The notes under the pieces were generated by a model. It saw nothing but the letters and a program-made list of their open reading frames with translations, did no database searches and had not been told where the DNA came from. The position numbers and the translations under genes are program-made. DNA of 64,000 bases from positions 186,001-250,000 of the forward strand of contig NW_013657657.1 of NCBI RefSeq assembly GCF_000142905.1, written 5' to 3'. The DNA comes from Thecamonas trahens ATCC 50062 (Eukaryota > Protista > Apusomonadida). Below are positions 44,858 through 55,923 of the stretch, piece by piece; within the stretch, counting starts at the first letter, position 1; each line of letters opens with the position of its first letter.

Positions 44858-45116
44858 TGAGAGGTCTTGCACAGTTACACACAACCCGCGAGTAAATATG
44901 TGCAACTTGTGTTTGTTGGTAGGATAAGAGAGACGGCGAGAGCTTGGGGTTGGTTGTTTGTTTGTTGGTACACTCTGTCGCATGTCGGCTCCGACGACGG
45001 TGTGTCATCGCCGCGGACGGAGGCGGCAACGGCACGGCAAGACACGGCAAGACAGGGCAAGGCAGGGCTTGGGCGCGAAACCGGGAGTTCGACAGTAGCG
45101 GCAGGGAGGGAGGCAT

Positions 45117-47179
45117 CTACTCGTAGTACTCGTACTCCTCCTCGTCGTCATAGTACTCGTACTCGGCAGCAGCGACAGGGGCGGCATCGTTGGACGCCTT
45201 CTTGGTCGAAGTCGGGCTGTCGCCGCGGTTGGTCGAGTCGCCGACGCGGTAGAGCCAGCCCAGAGCAAAGAACGGGATGGAGGCGCCGGCGGCGAGAACG
45301 CCGATGGCCAGGTCGTACTTGTAGGCGCCGTCGCCAAAGAGCAGCTCGTTGTTGTAGATCATCTCCGAGTCAAAGGCATGGAGGATGCCGACAATGGCAG
45401 CGACGAGAACCGGGGCGATAAAGGCAAACGGACGAACGCCAGAGACGAGCTCCATAAAGACAATGGGCATGCCGAGGCCGAGGGACATGATCGGCGTGAG
45501 GGCGACGTTGGAGACGTCGACGAGCCAGTCGTCACCAATGGCAAAGACACCGACGCCGACAACAGTGAAGAAGACCATGGCGAAGCGGGCGTACTTGACG
45601 CGGGCCGGGTCGACGGCAGCCTTGGAGAACGGCGACACGGGCTTGTGCTTGTCACCAAAGATGCCGGCGAGGTCAAAGGCCACAAACTGGCCAGCCGAGA
45701 CCAGGGTAGCGGTGAGGGCGGTGACGCAGAGAATGAGCTGACCGTAGCCGATCATGGCATAGGTCAGGTTGTCAAAAGCAAAGAGCGAGTAGTAGGTCGG
45801 CAGAATACCGCTCCACACCGAGCCGGTGCTCTGCACAACCTGGAGGAAGGCATGGAGGCCGGCGGTCGAGTGAGCAGCAATGACAACGATGGCAGCGACA
45901 AAGGCCGAGCAAAAGGCCCACGCCATCTTGAGCGGCGACGCGAGGAACGCGTGGTCCATGATGACCGGGTCGTGCCACGGGTAGGCAAACAGGCCCTGGA
46001 TACCGGTGAGAATGAGGAGGTCCATGCCGTACAGCTGCGAGTCGGGCGTCTTGATCGAGAGGGACATGTAGTCGACGCACGAGGCCTCGCTGCGGTTGCA
46101 CAGCTCGACATCTTGCAGAGCGAGGACAACCACAAGAACAAACGAGAGCGCAGCGGCGACAAGCATCGACCAGCGGCGGCCGCCCGTCATCGCCGCCACA
46201 AGCGGAATGCCGGCGAGGAGGCCGACGGCAATCCAGTAGTCGGTGTTCCGCTGCGACGAGACATCAGCGAGCGAGACGCCCGTCGTGACGACGGACGCCT
46301 CAGTCTGCGAGTAGGCGCCGGCCGCACCAAACATGGCGGCGCCGGCGGCAATGTTCTGCCAAACGAGCTGGTGGATGCGGTAAGCAAAGATGAGCGCGTA
46401 GAGAACGCAGGCGTAGACGCCGTAGCGGTCGTGGACAGCCTCAAAGATCGATGTGTAGCCGTAGTTGGTGCGGAGGCGGTAGACCACAACGGCGACGACA
46501 AGGAAGCCGACAAACCAGCCGGTGTAGGCCATGGCGCCGATGGCGCCCCAACGCGAGGCCTCGAGGCCCGAGCTGGCCACAATGTACCCGGTGACGGTGC
46601 CCATGACGAGCGAGAGCGTGGTGAGCACGTAGCCCGGCTTGGAGGCGGGCGTGGCACGCGGCGAGGTCGGCACAGCTGCGGCAGCCGGTGCCGGCGCTGC
46701 CTCCTCGTCGTCGTAGTAGTACTGGTACTCGTCAGACTCCTCGTACACGTACTCGTACTGCTGCTCCTGCTCCTCCGAGTAGTACTCGTACTCGCCCTCG
46801 TCCGAGTAGTACTCGTACTCGCCCTCGGGCTCGGTACCGTACACGGCCCGGCCTTGTCGTCAGCACCTGCAGCGCCGACCACGGGCACGGCGTAGCCAAG
46901 GAAGAACGATGCCGGGTAGATGAGGTGCGGGAACGGCGCGAGCGCCAGGAGCACCAGGCCCACAAACAGCATGCCCTGCCACATCAGCTGCTCCTTGACG
47001 TAGTTGGTCTCAGTGTCCGGCAGGAGAAAGTACAGCACAAGCTCGGTGGCGATGATCGCCACCGCCACAAAGTAGGTGCGAACGTTGAGGAACATGGCCT
47101 TGATATGCTCACCGTCACACCCGTACCCAAGGTACCCGAGCGGACGCCCGCAGCAGGACCCATCCTCACCTCCAGCCAT
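45117..47179 (-). CDS. Sodium:solute symporter-like membrane protein with an extra N-terminal TM region and Tyr/Glu-rich segments (frameshift at 46847-46849)
   Basis: GYTSIFEAVHDRYG and QGLFAYPWHDPVIMD motifs, more than 12 hydrophobic segments. ORF 46187..47197 joins ORF 45117..46844 if one G is added. Confidence 0.7.
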
Positions 47180-48314
47180 CTTCAGTCGTGCGAGCAAAAT
47201 GTGAGTGGGGAGTGTCTGCGACGAGTGTCGGCTGGTAGAGAGAGAGAGGGGGGGGGGGAGAAGATGGAGGGAGAAAGGGACTAGGACCCGCTGGGGCAGG
47301 GCCTGGCTGGAGGGGCTGGGCCACCGACCGCGCCCAGCAAAACGGCCACAAAATTAGTGACATTGGCCAACTGCCTCCGCCAACGGTCGTTTGATCAAGA
47401 GCGCCAGCATCCCAGAGTGGGGGGGGGGGGGGGGAGAGAGGGACAACGGCGGGTGTAGGTAGCGGGTGCAGAGGGGAGGTATGGCAGAAGAGAGCTTGCC
47501 ATGTGGATGTATATGTCATGGATGTGGTCTTTGGGTGGTGTCCAGGACTCTGGCTGTGGTGGTGGCGCCAGTGTAGCCTTAATTGGGGTGCACTTCTAGG
47601 TGGCTTCCGGGCGGCTGGAGAGGGAGCGTGGGAGCGTTTCCTCGGCTGGGCTGGAAAAATGTATGGAGAACATGTATAGCCATGGCGATGGGAAGAAGAG
47701 AAGCCCAGAGAAGGAGAGGGTATAGCAAGAGGGAGGGAGTGGGAGGGGGAGATGAAGGGGGCTAGGGTATTGGGTGGCTCTTGGTGGACATGGCTAGAGT
47801 CGCGGGAGTGGGGGCGGGGAAGTGGAAAAGGCTCCCTCGGGGTGGCGTACATTCAACAAGCGCGGGAGAGAGGTTCAACCGTCAATTCGAACACTTTGGT
47901 TTGGACGGTCTCTTGGCTGGTTGCCGCGCCCCCCCCTCCCCATTAATGGCAACGAATCCAATGATTCATATTGATTGAAGAACCTTACATTCATGGAACC
48001 TCCCCCCACACACATCCTTCCTAGCCTTCCAAAGATGTTGGAGACTCTACCGATGATGCCCATAATCCAGGTGGTGGTGGATAGGAGGGGAGATGGGATA
48101 CACGACATACGGCATGTTGTTCTGTTGCTTCTGCCGCCAAGACAAGGTCCGTGTCGGGTAGGGACACCGTGGCGCTGCCAGGCTCGGGTCGTGACAAAGT
48201 TGATGCGTTGCGGCGTCGTTGGCGGTGATTCGGCGCATTCACGCGTCGACGATGTTCTCAACCACCTGTCGTTGCTATAGGCAAGACTTGCACACACACG
48301 CATACACGGCAACG

Positions 48315-50006
48315 ATGGTCAAGGGAGAACGGTCCGTGAGCGGCTACACCAACATGGCAGACAAGGCCGCGGACAAGTACATTCAGGTCCGCAAGATTGG
48401 CGCCGGCGCCTTTGGTGAGGTTCACGTCGTTGTGTTGCGTGACGACGTCGCAGGCGACGGCCGGCCGCGGCTGGTGCGCAAGACGATTCCACTTGCAGGC
48501 GGGTGTGGGAGCGGGCGGCGCGACAACAAGAAGACAGAGGCTGCAGAGGCGGCACGCGAGGTGCGACTTCTCGCCCAGCTCGACCATCCGCACATTGTTC
48601 AATTTGTCGAAGCGGTGCGGAATGCCGAGGCCATGCAGATCGTGATGGAGTACTGCCCGGGCGGGGATCTTGCGGGCGTCATTGCAAAGGCACGCAAGGC
48701 GCGGGCGCCGCAAGTCGGATTTTCTGAGGCGCGCATCATGCGGTGGACGTGGCAGATCGGCTCGGCGCTCGAGTACCTCCACGCCCGGCGCATTCTCCAC
48801 CGCGACCTGAAGGCTCACAACGTGTTTGTCACTGCGAGCGGCGATGTCAAGCTCGGCGACTTTGGCATTGCGCGCCGCCTAGCCTCTCACGACTTGGCAT
48901 CGACCATGATCGGCACGCCACTGTACATGGCGCCCGAGGTGCTGGCCGGCAAGCCGTACGGCTTCAAGTCGGACGTCTGGTCGCTCGGCTGCATCGTCTA
49001 TGAACTTGCTTCGTTCAAGCACATTGTGTCGGCACGGTCGCTGCCCGAGCTGCGCGCCAAGGTCCTCCGCGGCGCCATTCCGGGCATTGGGCCACAGTAC
49101 TCCCGCGAGTTTCGCTGCCTTGTCCGCAGCCTGCTCTCGCGGAGTGTCGCGTCGCGGCCAACTATCGCCAAGGTCATGCAGAGCGACGCAGTCCGCACCT
49201 GGGCACCTGCTCCGCTCCGGCGATCCAAGTCGGAACCGGCCCGAAACATTGTCTCTCGCGTTGCTGCGCCACGGGCTAGACGGCGGGCGAGCCTCAGCGG
49301 CGGGAGCGTGCCCGGCTGTGCGCCGGGTCGCGCGGCTAAAGCCGCAGCCGTAGCCTCCGCGCAGCAGCCTGTTCCGGATCCGCCGCAAAACGCGCGAGAT
49401 GCGGTTCTCGCCCGCAAAGAGGCCCGGCGGCGTGCTGACGAGGCCGCGAGGCTGGCGGATCTGGAGGCTGCCCGCCGCGAGTACTTTGAAGAACGGATCG
49501 ATGCCCGGGCCCGCAAGTGGGGCGCGCAGCCGCGCAGCCGTCGTCGGCGACAGTGGATGCCGCCGCAGCCAACACCGCGCCTTCCGGTCATCGCCGACAC
49601 CCGCGCGCCGTCGCCGGTTGTGGCGTGGGAAGCGGCCGAGCCCGTCGGAGAGCAGCTAGTCCAGCCGGAGCCAATCTCAAGCGACCGGCGGCCGCGATAT
49701 GCACCATCAGCGGCGCCAGACTCGCCGTCGGCGTGGGCTGAGTTCCCGGCTGTCGCCGGACGGCTCCAGTCGCGAGTGCAGCAGCTGCGACATCGACTCG
49801 CGAGCCTCGTGGGCAACAACGCCAGCGTTGTCGCCGAGCGCGCCATGTGCAGCCTGGCGCCTGAAGCGGTCTCGACTCTCGGCCTGCACGCGCTCGACGA
49901 CCCAGGCATTGCTGCCATTGTGACCGGGGCGCGGACGCCGGCAGCGGCCGAGAACGCGCTCGAGGTTGCCCGCCAGCTACGGTTCTTGCAGCTGTATGTG
50001 TCGTGA
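48315..50006 (+). CDS. NIMA-related (NEK) Ser/Thr kinase
   Basis: IGAGAFG, HRDLKAHNVF, KLGDFGIAR, IGTPLYMAPE, KPYGFKSDVWSLGC. Confidence 0.92.
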   Translation: MVKGERSVSGYTNMADKAADKYIQVRKIGAGAFGEVHVVVLRDDVAGDGRPRLVRKTIPLAGGCGSGRRDNKKTEAAEAAREVRLLAQLDHPHIVQFVEAVRNAEAMQIVMEYCPGGDLAGVIAKARKARAPQVGFSEARIMRWTWQIGSALEYLHARRILHRDLKAHNVFVTASGDVKLGDFGIARRLASHDLASTMIGTPLYMAPEVLAGKPYGFKSDVWSLGCIVYELASFKHIVSARSLPELRAKVLRGAIPGIGPQYSREFRCLVRSLLSRSVASRPTIAKVMQSDAVRTWAPAPLRRSKSEPARNIVSRVAAPRARRRASLSGGSVPGCAPGRAAKAAAVASAQQPVPDPPQNARDAVLARKEARRRADEAARLADLEAARREYFEERIDARARKWGAQPRSRRRRQWMPPQPTPRLPVIADTRAPSPVVAWEAAEPVGEQLVQPEPISSDRRPRYAPSAAPDSPSAWAEFPAVAGRLQSRVQQLRHRLASLVGNNASVVAERAMCSLAPEAVSTLGLHALDDPGIAAIVTGARTPAAAENALEVARQLRFLQLYVS

Positions 50007-50024
50007 GACTCGCGAAAGAGAGCA

Positions 50025-52006
50025 TTAGACAGAGCGGAAGCCCATAAAGGCAGCAAAGACAGCGGGTGCAAAGAGGAGTTCGACGTGGTTGTAGCCAAAG
50101 GCGTGTGCGCCGGCCACGAGGTGGTCCGGGTAGCCCGAGCCGACCGCCGACGAGACGGTAACGAGCATGTCGCCGGAGCGGCTCGTCGCCGACCGCGGCT
50201 CGGCGTCGACCAGGGCAGCCTCGGAAGGGACGGCGTCGCGAAAGACCAGACCAGCAGGCGTCGGGATGCCATCGCCGTAGAGCACCAGCTGGCGGACGCC
50301 GTGGATGTCTGCCGCAGCAGCCTGCGCCTTGCGCATAGCTCGGCGCGAGTCCATGGCCCGGTCATAGAGATTCCGCCGAAAGGCAGTGGCGCCGAGCTCG
50401 GACGTTGCCCGCTCGAGCAGTGCCACAATGTCGGCGTCATTAGTGAGCCGAACCGGACGCTGGCCCTCGAGCTGGTAGGCAAGCCAGGGCGCTTGATCGT
50501 CGCCCCAGGTGGCGCCAGGCACCGCAAGCGTCTCGTACAAGATCGGTGCCTTGATGGCCATGTTGCGGACAACCTTCGGTCGAGGAGCGGAATCTGGAAG
50601 TTGTACCCGCTGAGCGCGGCCTGCAACGCCTTGACCGGCGCGCCATTGAACGGCACGCCGATGGCGGTCCAGCTCTCAACAAGCTCTGCAGCGCGGTGTG
50701 GAGAGAAGGCCAGGAAGTACTGGGCTACAAGGCCGCCATACGAGTGGGTGATAAGATCAACCTTGGCTCCGTCGGCTGCTTCGACGGCCATCTCGAGAGA
50801 GCGCTCAAAGGCAGCCTGGGTCGAAGGCGCCCACGGCGCCTGCCGCCAGTCGTACGGCGCGCCAAACAGCGTTTTGCCGCGGGTGTAGCCGACGCGCTCA
50901 AGCCTGGCAATGAACGAGGCGTAGTATGGGACAAGGCCGCCAAGCGGGCCGACTCGACATAGGTGCTCGATAGCAGCGAGGCCGGCATCGCCTTCCTCGG
51001 GGCGGATGGTAAATTCGCCGTCGACCTCGCCGTGTGAGACATACTCGCAGGCGTCCCAGTCGTAATCGCCGCCGAGGTACTTTGTAAAGTGCGAGTTGAA
51101 CTCGGTGAGTGAGAGATAGACATCGCGTGGGACGCCGGGAACCGATGACGACGACGACGACGGTGGGTACGCCATCAACCGCGAGCCGCCGACGCCCGGG
51201 ACAAGGACGACCGGGCGCGGCGGAGGAGCGTTAGCTAGCGTCCCCAGCCACTTTTGCTCGACCGACTCGTCAAAGGTGTGCGAGACAAAGCGTGGGAGCA
51301 TGGCGGCGGCAGCCTTGAACACCTCCAGCTCCTCGGCGTCGAGGCGAGTGGCCCGGGCAAGGTAGCCGTCGATGCGGGCGCGGGCGGTGGCAACGGCCTC
51401 GCGCGCCTCGGCTGGCATGGCCGCTGCCGAGCTGAGCCGATCCAAGAACCGTGAGGTCTCGAGCGCCTCGCTTAGCGCCGCAGGGCGCGGCGCAGCCTTG
51501 TGGACTGCCAGCAGCATGGCCGAGACCCGCGCGCGGGCATCGGCAAGCGCCGGGTTTCCCGCCGCCGCCGACGACGCAGACTGCAGGCCAGCAACCAGCG
51601 AGGCCAGCCGAGACCGCAGCTCAGCACCCACCGCAGCCTTGCCGACGTCGATCCTGTCCGAGAACGAAGCCCAAGCCGCAGCAAGAGCCGATCGCGGTGC
51701 TTCAAGCGCGCCCGGGCGCTCGCCCAAGAGGGTGAAGAGGGTGCCTGGCGCCGCTGGCGTATCCTCCACCTCGAGCGTGTCTGGCAGCGCATCGGCCAGA
51801 AAGTGCGGCACATTGTAGCTTTGCGAGCTTTGTACGTCATCGGCGGAGGAAGGAGGAGCAGGAGAAGGGCGATCGGAGAGAGACGACGGGGGCGAGGTGG
51901 GAAGGGACGGAGCGGACGGGGCGGCGGGGAGCTGCGGCAGCGTCGTGCTCCGCCTCTGTGCAGCTAGTGTGCGGGCACACGCTGCGGCTGTTCGCCACCA
52001 CACCAT
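50025..52006 (-). CDS. LCAT-family acyltransferase/phospholipase A (frameshift at 50578-50579)
   Basis: PVVLVPGVGGSRL, GAPYDWRQ and ITHSYGG nucleophile elbow; the -1 frame supplies GDMLVT..S and HVELL (Asp/His of the triad). Confidence 0.85.
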
Positions 52007-52079
52007 TGCCCTTCCTAGGCGACGGCTGGTGAGGGGTGAGAGGGGGGTGAGGGGTGGGGTGCGAAGAGGGGGGAAGGGT

Positions 52080-52540
52080 NNNNNNNNNNNNNNNNNNNNN
52101 NNNNNNNNNNNNNNNNNNNNNNNNNNNNNNNNNNNNNNNNNNNNNNNNNNNNNNNNNNNNNNNNNNNNNNNNNNNNNNNNNNNNNNNNNNNNNNNNNNNN
52201 NNNNNNNNNNNNNNNNNNNNNNNNNNNNNNNNNNNNNNNNNNNNNNNNNNNNNNNNNNNNNNNNNNNNNNNNNNNNNNNNNNNNNNNNNNNNNNNNNNNN
52301 NNNNNNNNNNNNNNNNNNNNNNNNNNNNNNNNNNNNNNNNNNNNNNNNNNNNNNNNNNNNNNNNNNNNNNNNNNNNNNNNNNNNNNNNNNNNNNNNNNNN
52401 NNNNNNNNNNNNNNNNNNNNNNNNNNNNNNNNNNNNNNNNNNNNNNNNNNNNNNNNNNNNNNNNNNNNNNNNNNNNNNNNNNNNNNNNNNNNNNNNNNNN
52501 NNNNNNNNNNNNNNNNNNNNNNNNNNNNNNNNNNNNNNNN
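52080..52540. other. Assembly gap flanked by poly-G
   Basis: N run. Confidence 0.95.
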
Positions 52541-52838
52541 GGGGGGGGGGGCGTGGCTGGGTGTATTGCACCAGATCTGAGTTTGGGAGAAGACATCAAG
52601 GCCCATAGACCTGCCCCGATATGTGCGCGAGCACTGGTGCGGCTGGTTGGTGCAGGGCTGGGCCATGGTCAGGGCAGGGCAACACCACTCGTTGAGCGGT
52701 CGTCGACGCCAAGTTGAGCGTACACATGCGTCCCCTTGCTTGCAGTCTTGACTTCGATTGCACACTACGTATGTCGGCTGAGATCACGATCGCCGAATAG
52801 CCAGACGAGCTAGTCATGCGGCCGGAGAAGACGAGCGA

Positions 52839-53618
52839 TCAAAAGAACTTGTAGCTGTCGCCATCCAGGACTGGCGGCTGATCCCGGACTGGGGCGCCGT
52901 CCCAGACCAGCATGTCGTTGTGGTCGGTGTATTTGCTGCCACCGCGGCGCTTGCCGCGAGCGCGCGGCTGCGCGTCAGGCCCGGGCACAGGTGCGGTGAC
53001 ATGCCCGTTGAGGATGTCGTAGGTGCGGCGAGAAGGATGGGCCGACGAGTATGCGGCCGAGACCGAGGGTGGTGGGCGTGCAGCCTGGCTGGCGTCGTCG
53101 GTGGTTGCCGGCGGGCGGCGACCAGCGCGGACAGACGGCTCGATTGACGCGTGGTCGCGCGGCTTGGGCTCGCCGGTGATGACGTCAAAGTCGTAATGGG
53201 TATGGTTGGCGGTTGTCCGCTCGGCATCCACTGGTGGATCGAGGAAACAAAGCGAGTTGGGCGGGATGGGCTTGGACGTCTCGTGCGAGACGATGTTGTA
53301 GCCGGATCGATCCTCGATACTCTGCAGGCGGGCATGTTCGTGAGCACGAACCTGCGCTGCATGCCGCGCTGCCTCCTCTGCCCTCGCCGCAGCCTCCTTA
53401 TCTGGTGCCCGATACGACTGCGTCAGCGTGTCAAAGTCGTACTGCTCCTGCAGGATCTGCGCAGACGTCCGCTGGCCGGGCCCTGCCCCTGCCGCACCGA
53501 CTGCAGGGCCCACCACGCGCCCAAAGCTCGCAGTCTCGGCCTCGGCCGTTGGCACCAGCGACGATTCCAGGTTGTCCCCCGTCTCCGAGCTCCCGCGTGC
53601 AGCCAGCCGCCGTCCCAT
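52839..53618 (-). CDS. Hypothetical protein with repeated [YF][DN](I/V)(I/L/V)(S/T/N) motifs
   Basis: ORF with YDFDTLTQ, YNIVSHE, FDVITGE and YDILNG; start uncertain. Confidence 0.55.
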   Translation of the reverse strand: MGRRLAARGSSETGDNLESSLVPTAEAETASFGRVVGPAVGAAGAGPGQRTSAQILQEQYDFDTLTQSYRAPDKEAAARAEEAARHAAQVRAHEHARLQSIEDRSGYNIVSHETSKPIPPNSLCFLDPPVDAERTTANHTHYDFDVITGEPKPRDHASIEPSVRAGRRPPATTDDASQAARPPPSVSAAYSSAHPSRRTYDILNGHVTAPVPGPDAQPRARGKRRGGSKYTDHNDMLVWDGAPVRDQPPVLDGDSYKFF

Positions 53619-54090
53619 GGCCGCACGCTGCGCCACCTCCCGCTCTCGTTGCTGTCAGCCCGTCCCACGTTGGTGTGGTGAGTCTCTAGCAGGGCCGTCA
53701 GCCCCGTGTTTGGCCTGCTCGCACACACCTGCAACCTACGCGAGCCTCCATGTCTGCGCTCTTGTACGTCTGAGTGATGGGATTGAGCCCAGACTCGCGG
53801 TACGGATCCATCGCTCTCTCGCGTCTCACTCCAACAGAGTTCGGTGTCTCGAGGCGCGAGCCCTAAAGCAGTCCGTTGTCTCGCTGCCGCAGAGTCGGCT
53901 CCCTCCAAGCCCAGCTCGATGGGGCATTTTGATCGCAGGGAGATTGGGCACACGACGCAAGGCAAAATGGCAGAGGAGAGGCGGAACAGGGTGTAGGCGG
54001 GATAGCAGGGTGCTTGTGAGCAGTGCGAAATGGCGGTTTGGGGGAAGGAGGTGCCGGGTGAGGAGGGTGGCGTCGTCGACAAAAAAAATG

Positions 54091-54163
54091 AGGTCCCAAC
54101 CGGACTCGAACCGATGTTTTCAGGATCAGAACCTGATGTACTAACCACCTATACTATGGGACC
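54091..54163 (-). tRNA. tRNA-Gln (CUG)
   Basis: GGTCCCA/TGGGACC acceptor stem, TCAGG-TTCTGAT-CCTGA anticodon arm, U73, T8 terminator. Confidence 0.95.
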
Positions 54164-54367
54164 GCTTGAGTGCAAGGGGGCAAGCCAGTATATTTGAAAC
54201 ACTCACTGCGTTCCCAGGTGTGGCAGTCACCCAGCCTGTGGCGCCCTTTGGTCTCAGTAACCGGCTACAATGTAGCTCTGGTTCTTTAGGCTTGTCTCGC
54301 CATCGGACTTGTACCCGATGGGCTTGCTATTTTGAGACAGTCGGCAAGATCGGTATGATCGCCGTGC

Positions 54368-55078
54368 TCAGTGGTCGTGGTAGGCGGCCATAAAGTTGCC
54401 CTTGACTTCAAAGCCGAGCTTGCCGTAAAAGCCGACAACCTTGTCAGCGCAGTCGAGGATGGTCTTGTAACAGCCTACGACGACCGAAAGTGCCTTGAGC
54501 TGCTCGATGATGACACGGCCGAGCGAGAGGCCGCGGGCGGCCTCGACGACGACAATGTCCTCGATGTGGCCGGCGCGGGCGCCCCCGTGGATGAACTTGC
54601 GCTCCACAACGAGGGTGCCCGAGGCGACGACCATGCCAGTCGCATCCTCCTCCACCACCACCACGTAGTACTTGCCGTCGGCTGCCATCTCGTCAAAGAC
54701 CTCGGCCCACGTCGCGGCGTCCATGTCGCCGACATCGGTCAGGTCCGCCAGCACGCCGCAGTGCCCAGCGGCGTAGTCGCTCCGCGCCAGCGGTCGCACA
54801 GTATACCCGTCACCCGGCTGGGCATCGGCGGCCTCGGAGAGCAGGCTCGGATCAAAAAGGTGTGATGCCGCCGCCGATGCCGCTGCCGTCGCCGACGTTG
54901 CCGGCTGCGGAACAGCGCTGCCACTGCTGTACTCCAGCCGAGTCGGGTACGGGCACAAACCGGTAGGACGATAGAAGCCGGCGGCTCCCACGGGAGCACC
55001 GTAGCCATACCCGGGGCTTGGGTGTGCCGAAAATCCCTGGCCATATCCGTACCCGTGTCCGTATCCGTATCCGTTCAT
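54368..55078 (-). CDS. GNA1: Glucosamine-6-phosphate N-acetyltransferase with a Gly/Tyr-rich N-terminal extension
   Basis: VRPLARSDY, LVVERKFIHG...GHIEDIVV, GCYKTILDC...FYGKLGF. Confidence 0.92.
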   Translation of the reverse strand: MNGYGYGHGYGYGQGFSAHPSPGYGYGAPVGAAGFYRPTGLCPYPTRLEYSSGSAVPQPATSATAAASAAASHLFDPSLLSEAADAQPGDGYTVRPLARSDYAAGHCGVLADLTDVGDMDAATWAEVFDEMAADGKYYVVVVEEDATGMVVASGTLVVERKFIHGGARAGHIEDIVVVEAARGLSLGRVIIEQLKALSVVVGCYKTILDCADKVVGFYGKLGFEVKGNFMAAYHDH

Positions 55079-55203
55079 GATACAGTGCAGTGTGACAGGC
55101 CTATCTGTTCTGCGGCCAGCGAACAGAGCCTTGGTTTGTTTGCTGCCCTATGACCAACCCAATGTATGCTATTAATAGCTCAGTTTTCCCCTGTGTTTCC
55201 AAC

Positions 55204-55276
55204 GGTCCCATAGTATAGGTGGTTAGTACATCAGGTTCTGATCCTGAAAACATCGGTTCGAGTCCGGTTGGGACCT
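55204..55276 (+). tRNA. tRNA-Gln (CUG)
   Basis: Identical to 54091-54163 in inverted orientation; T7 terminator. Confidence 0.95.
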
Positions 55277-55690
55277 CATTTTTTTGTCGACGCCGCCACC
55301 CTCCTCCTTGTGGCAAGACTGGCTCTGCTCACAGGACGTGTGTGATAGATAGATAGACTAGGCATTCCCGAGTACGGGATCTGTGGTCCTTGAGCTCCTT
55401 TACCTCCCGAATTCCACATCACAACCGACTCCGCCCCCCCCGTCCGAAGCCGTGTACATCAATCACACCATCCGTATCGGCTGCACACCGCATCGCCTCG
55501 TCAGGTCTGCCAGGTCGGGCTGGCTGAAGTGCACCGGTGCAACGCAGCGCCAAGAGATCGCGGCACGCACAGGCAGCGACAGCAAAGAGCAGACCCACGG
55601 GTTGGTGGATCTATGCATGTTGCATATTCTGCCACAGCTCCACAATGCGCTTGCCTCGCTTCCTGCAAGGCCCAGCACGGTGGTCGTGGG

Positions 55691-55807
55691 CTACGAGTCG
55701 CGCGAGACGGTGAGGCCCGCAGCGCGGAAGGGCACGACAACCGTCTTGTACAAGTAAACCAGCATGCCAAGCAGGGCAACAAAGGCCAGCAGCTGCTCAA
55801 ACTCCAT
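55691..55807 (-). CDS. Possible 38-aa single-TM microprotein
   Basis: MEFEQLLAFVALLGMLVYLYKTVVVPFRAAGLTVSRDS*; below the ORF-track length cut-off. Confidence 0.35.
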   Translation of the reverse strand: MEFEQLLAFVALLGMLVYLYKTVVVPFRAAGLTVSRDS

Positions 55808-55923
55808 GACTGGCGAGAGTTTTGGCGGAAGCGTGTGCTGCAACTATGCCGAGTGGGGTGTCGAGTGGCTCGGCTGAGAACGAAGCTGCAGCTTTTGTAG
55901 TGTGTACTGTCGGCTGCTGCTGG

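Noticed and set aside
48998-52765. 1255-aa minus-strand ORF
   Set aside because: A chimera of the gap, the LCAT N-terminal half and out-of-frame run-on antisense to NEK.
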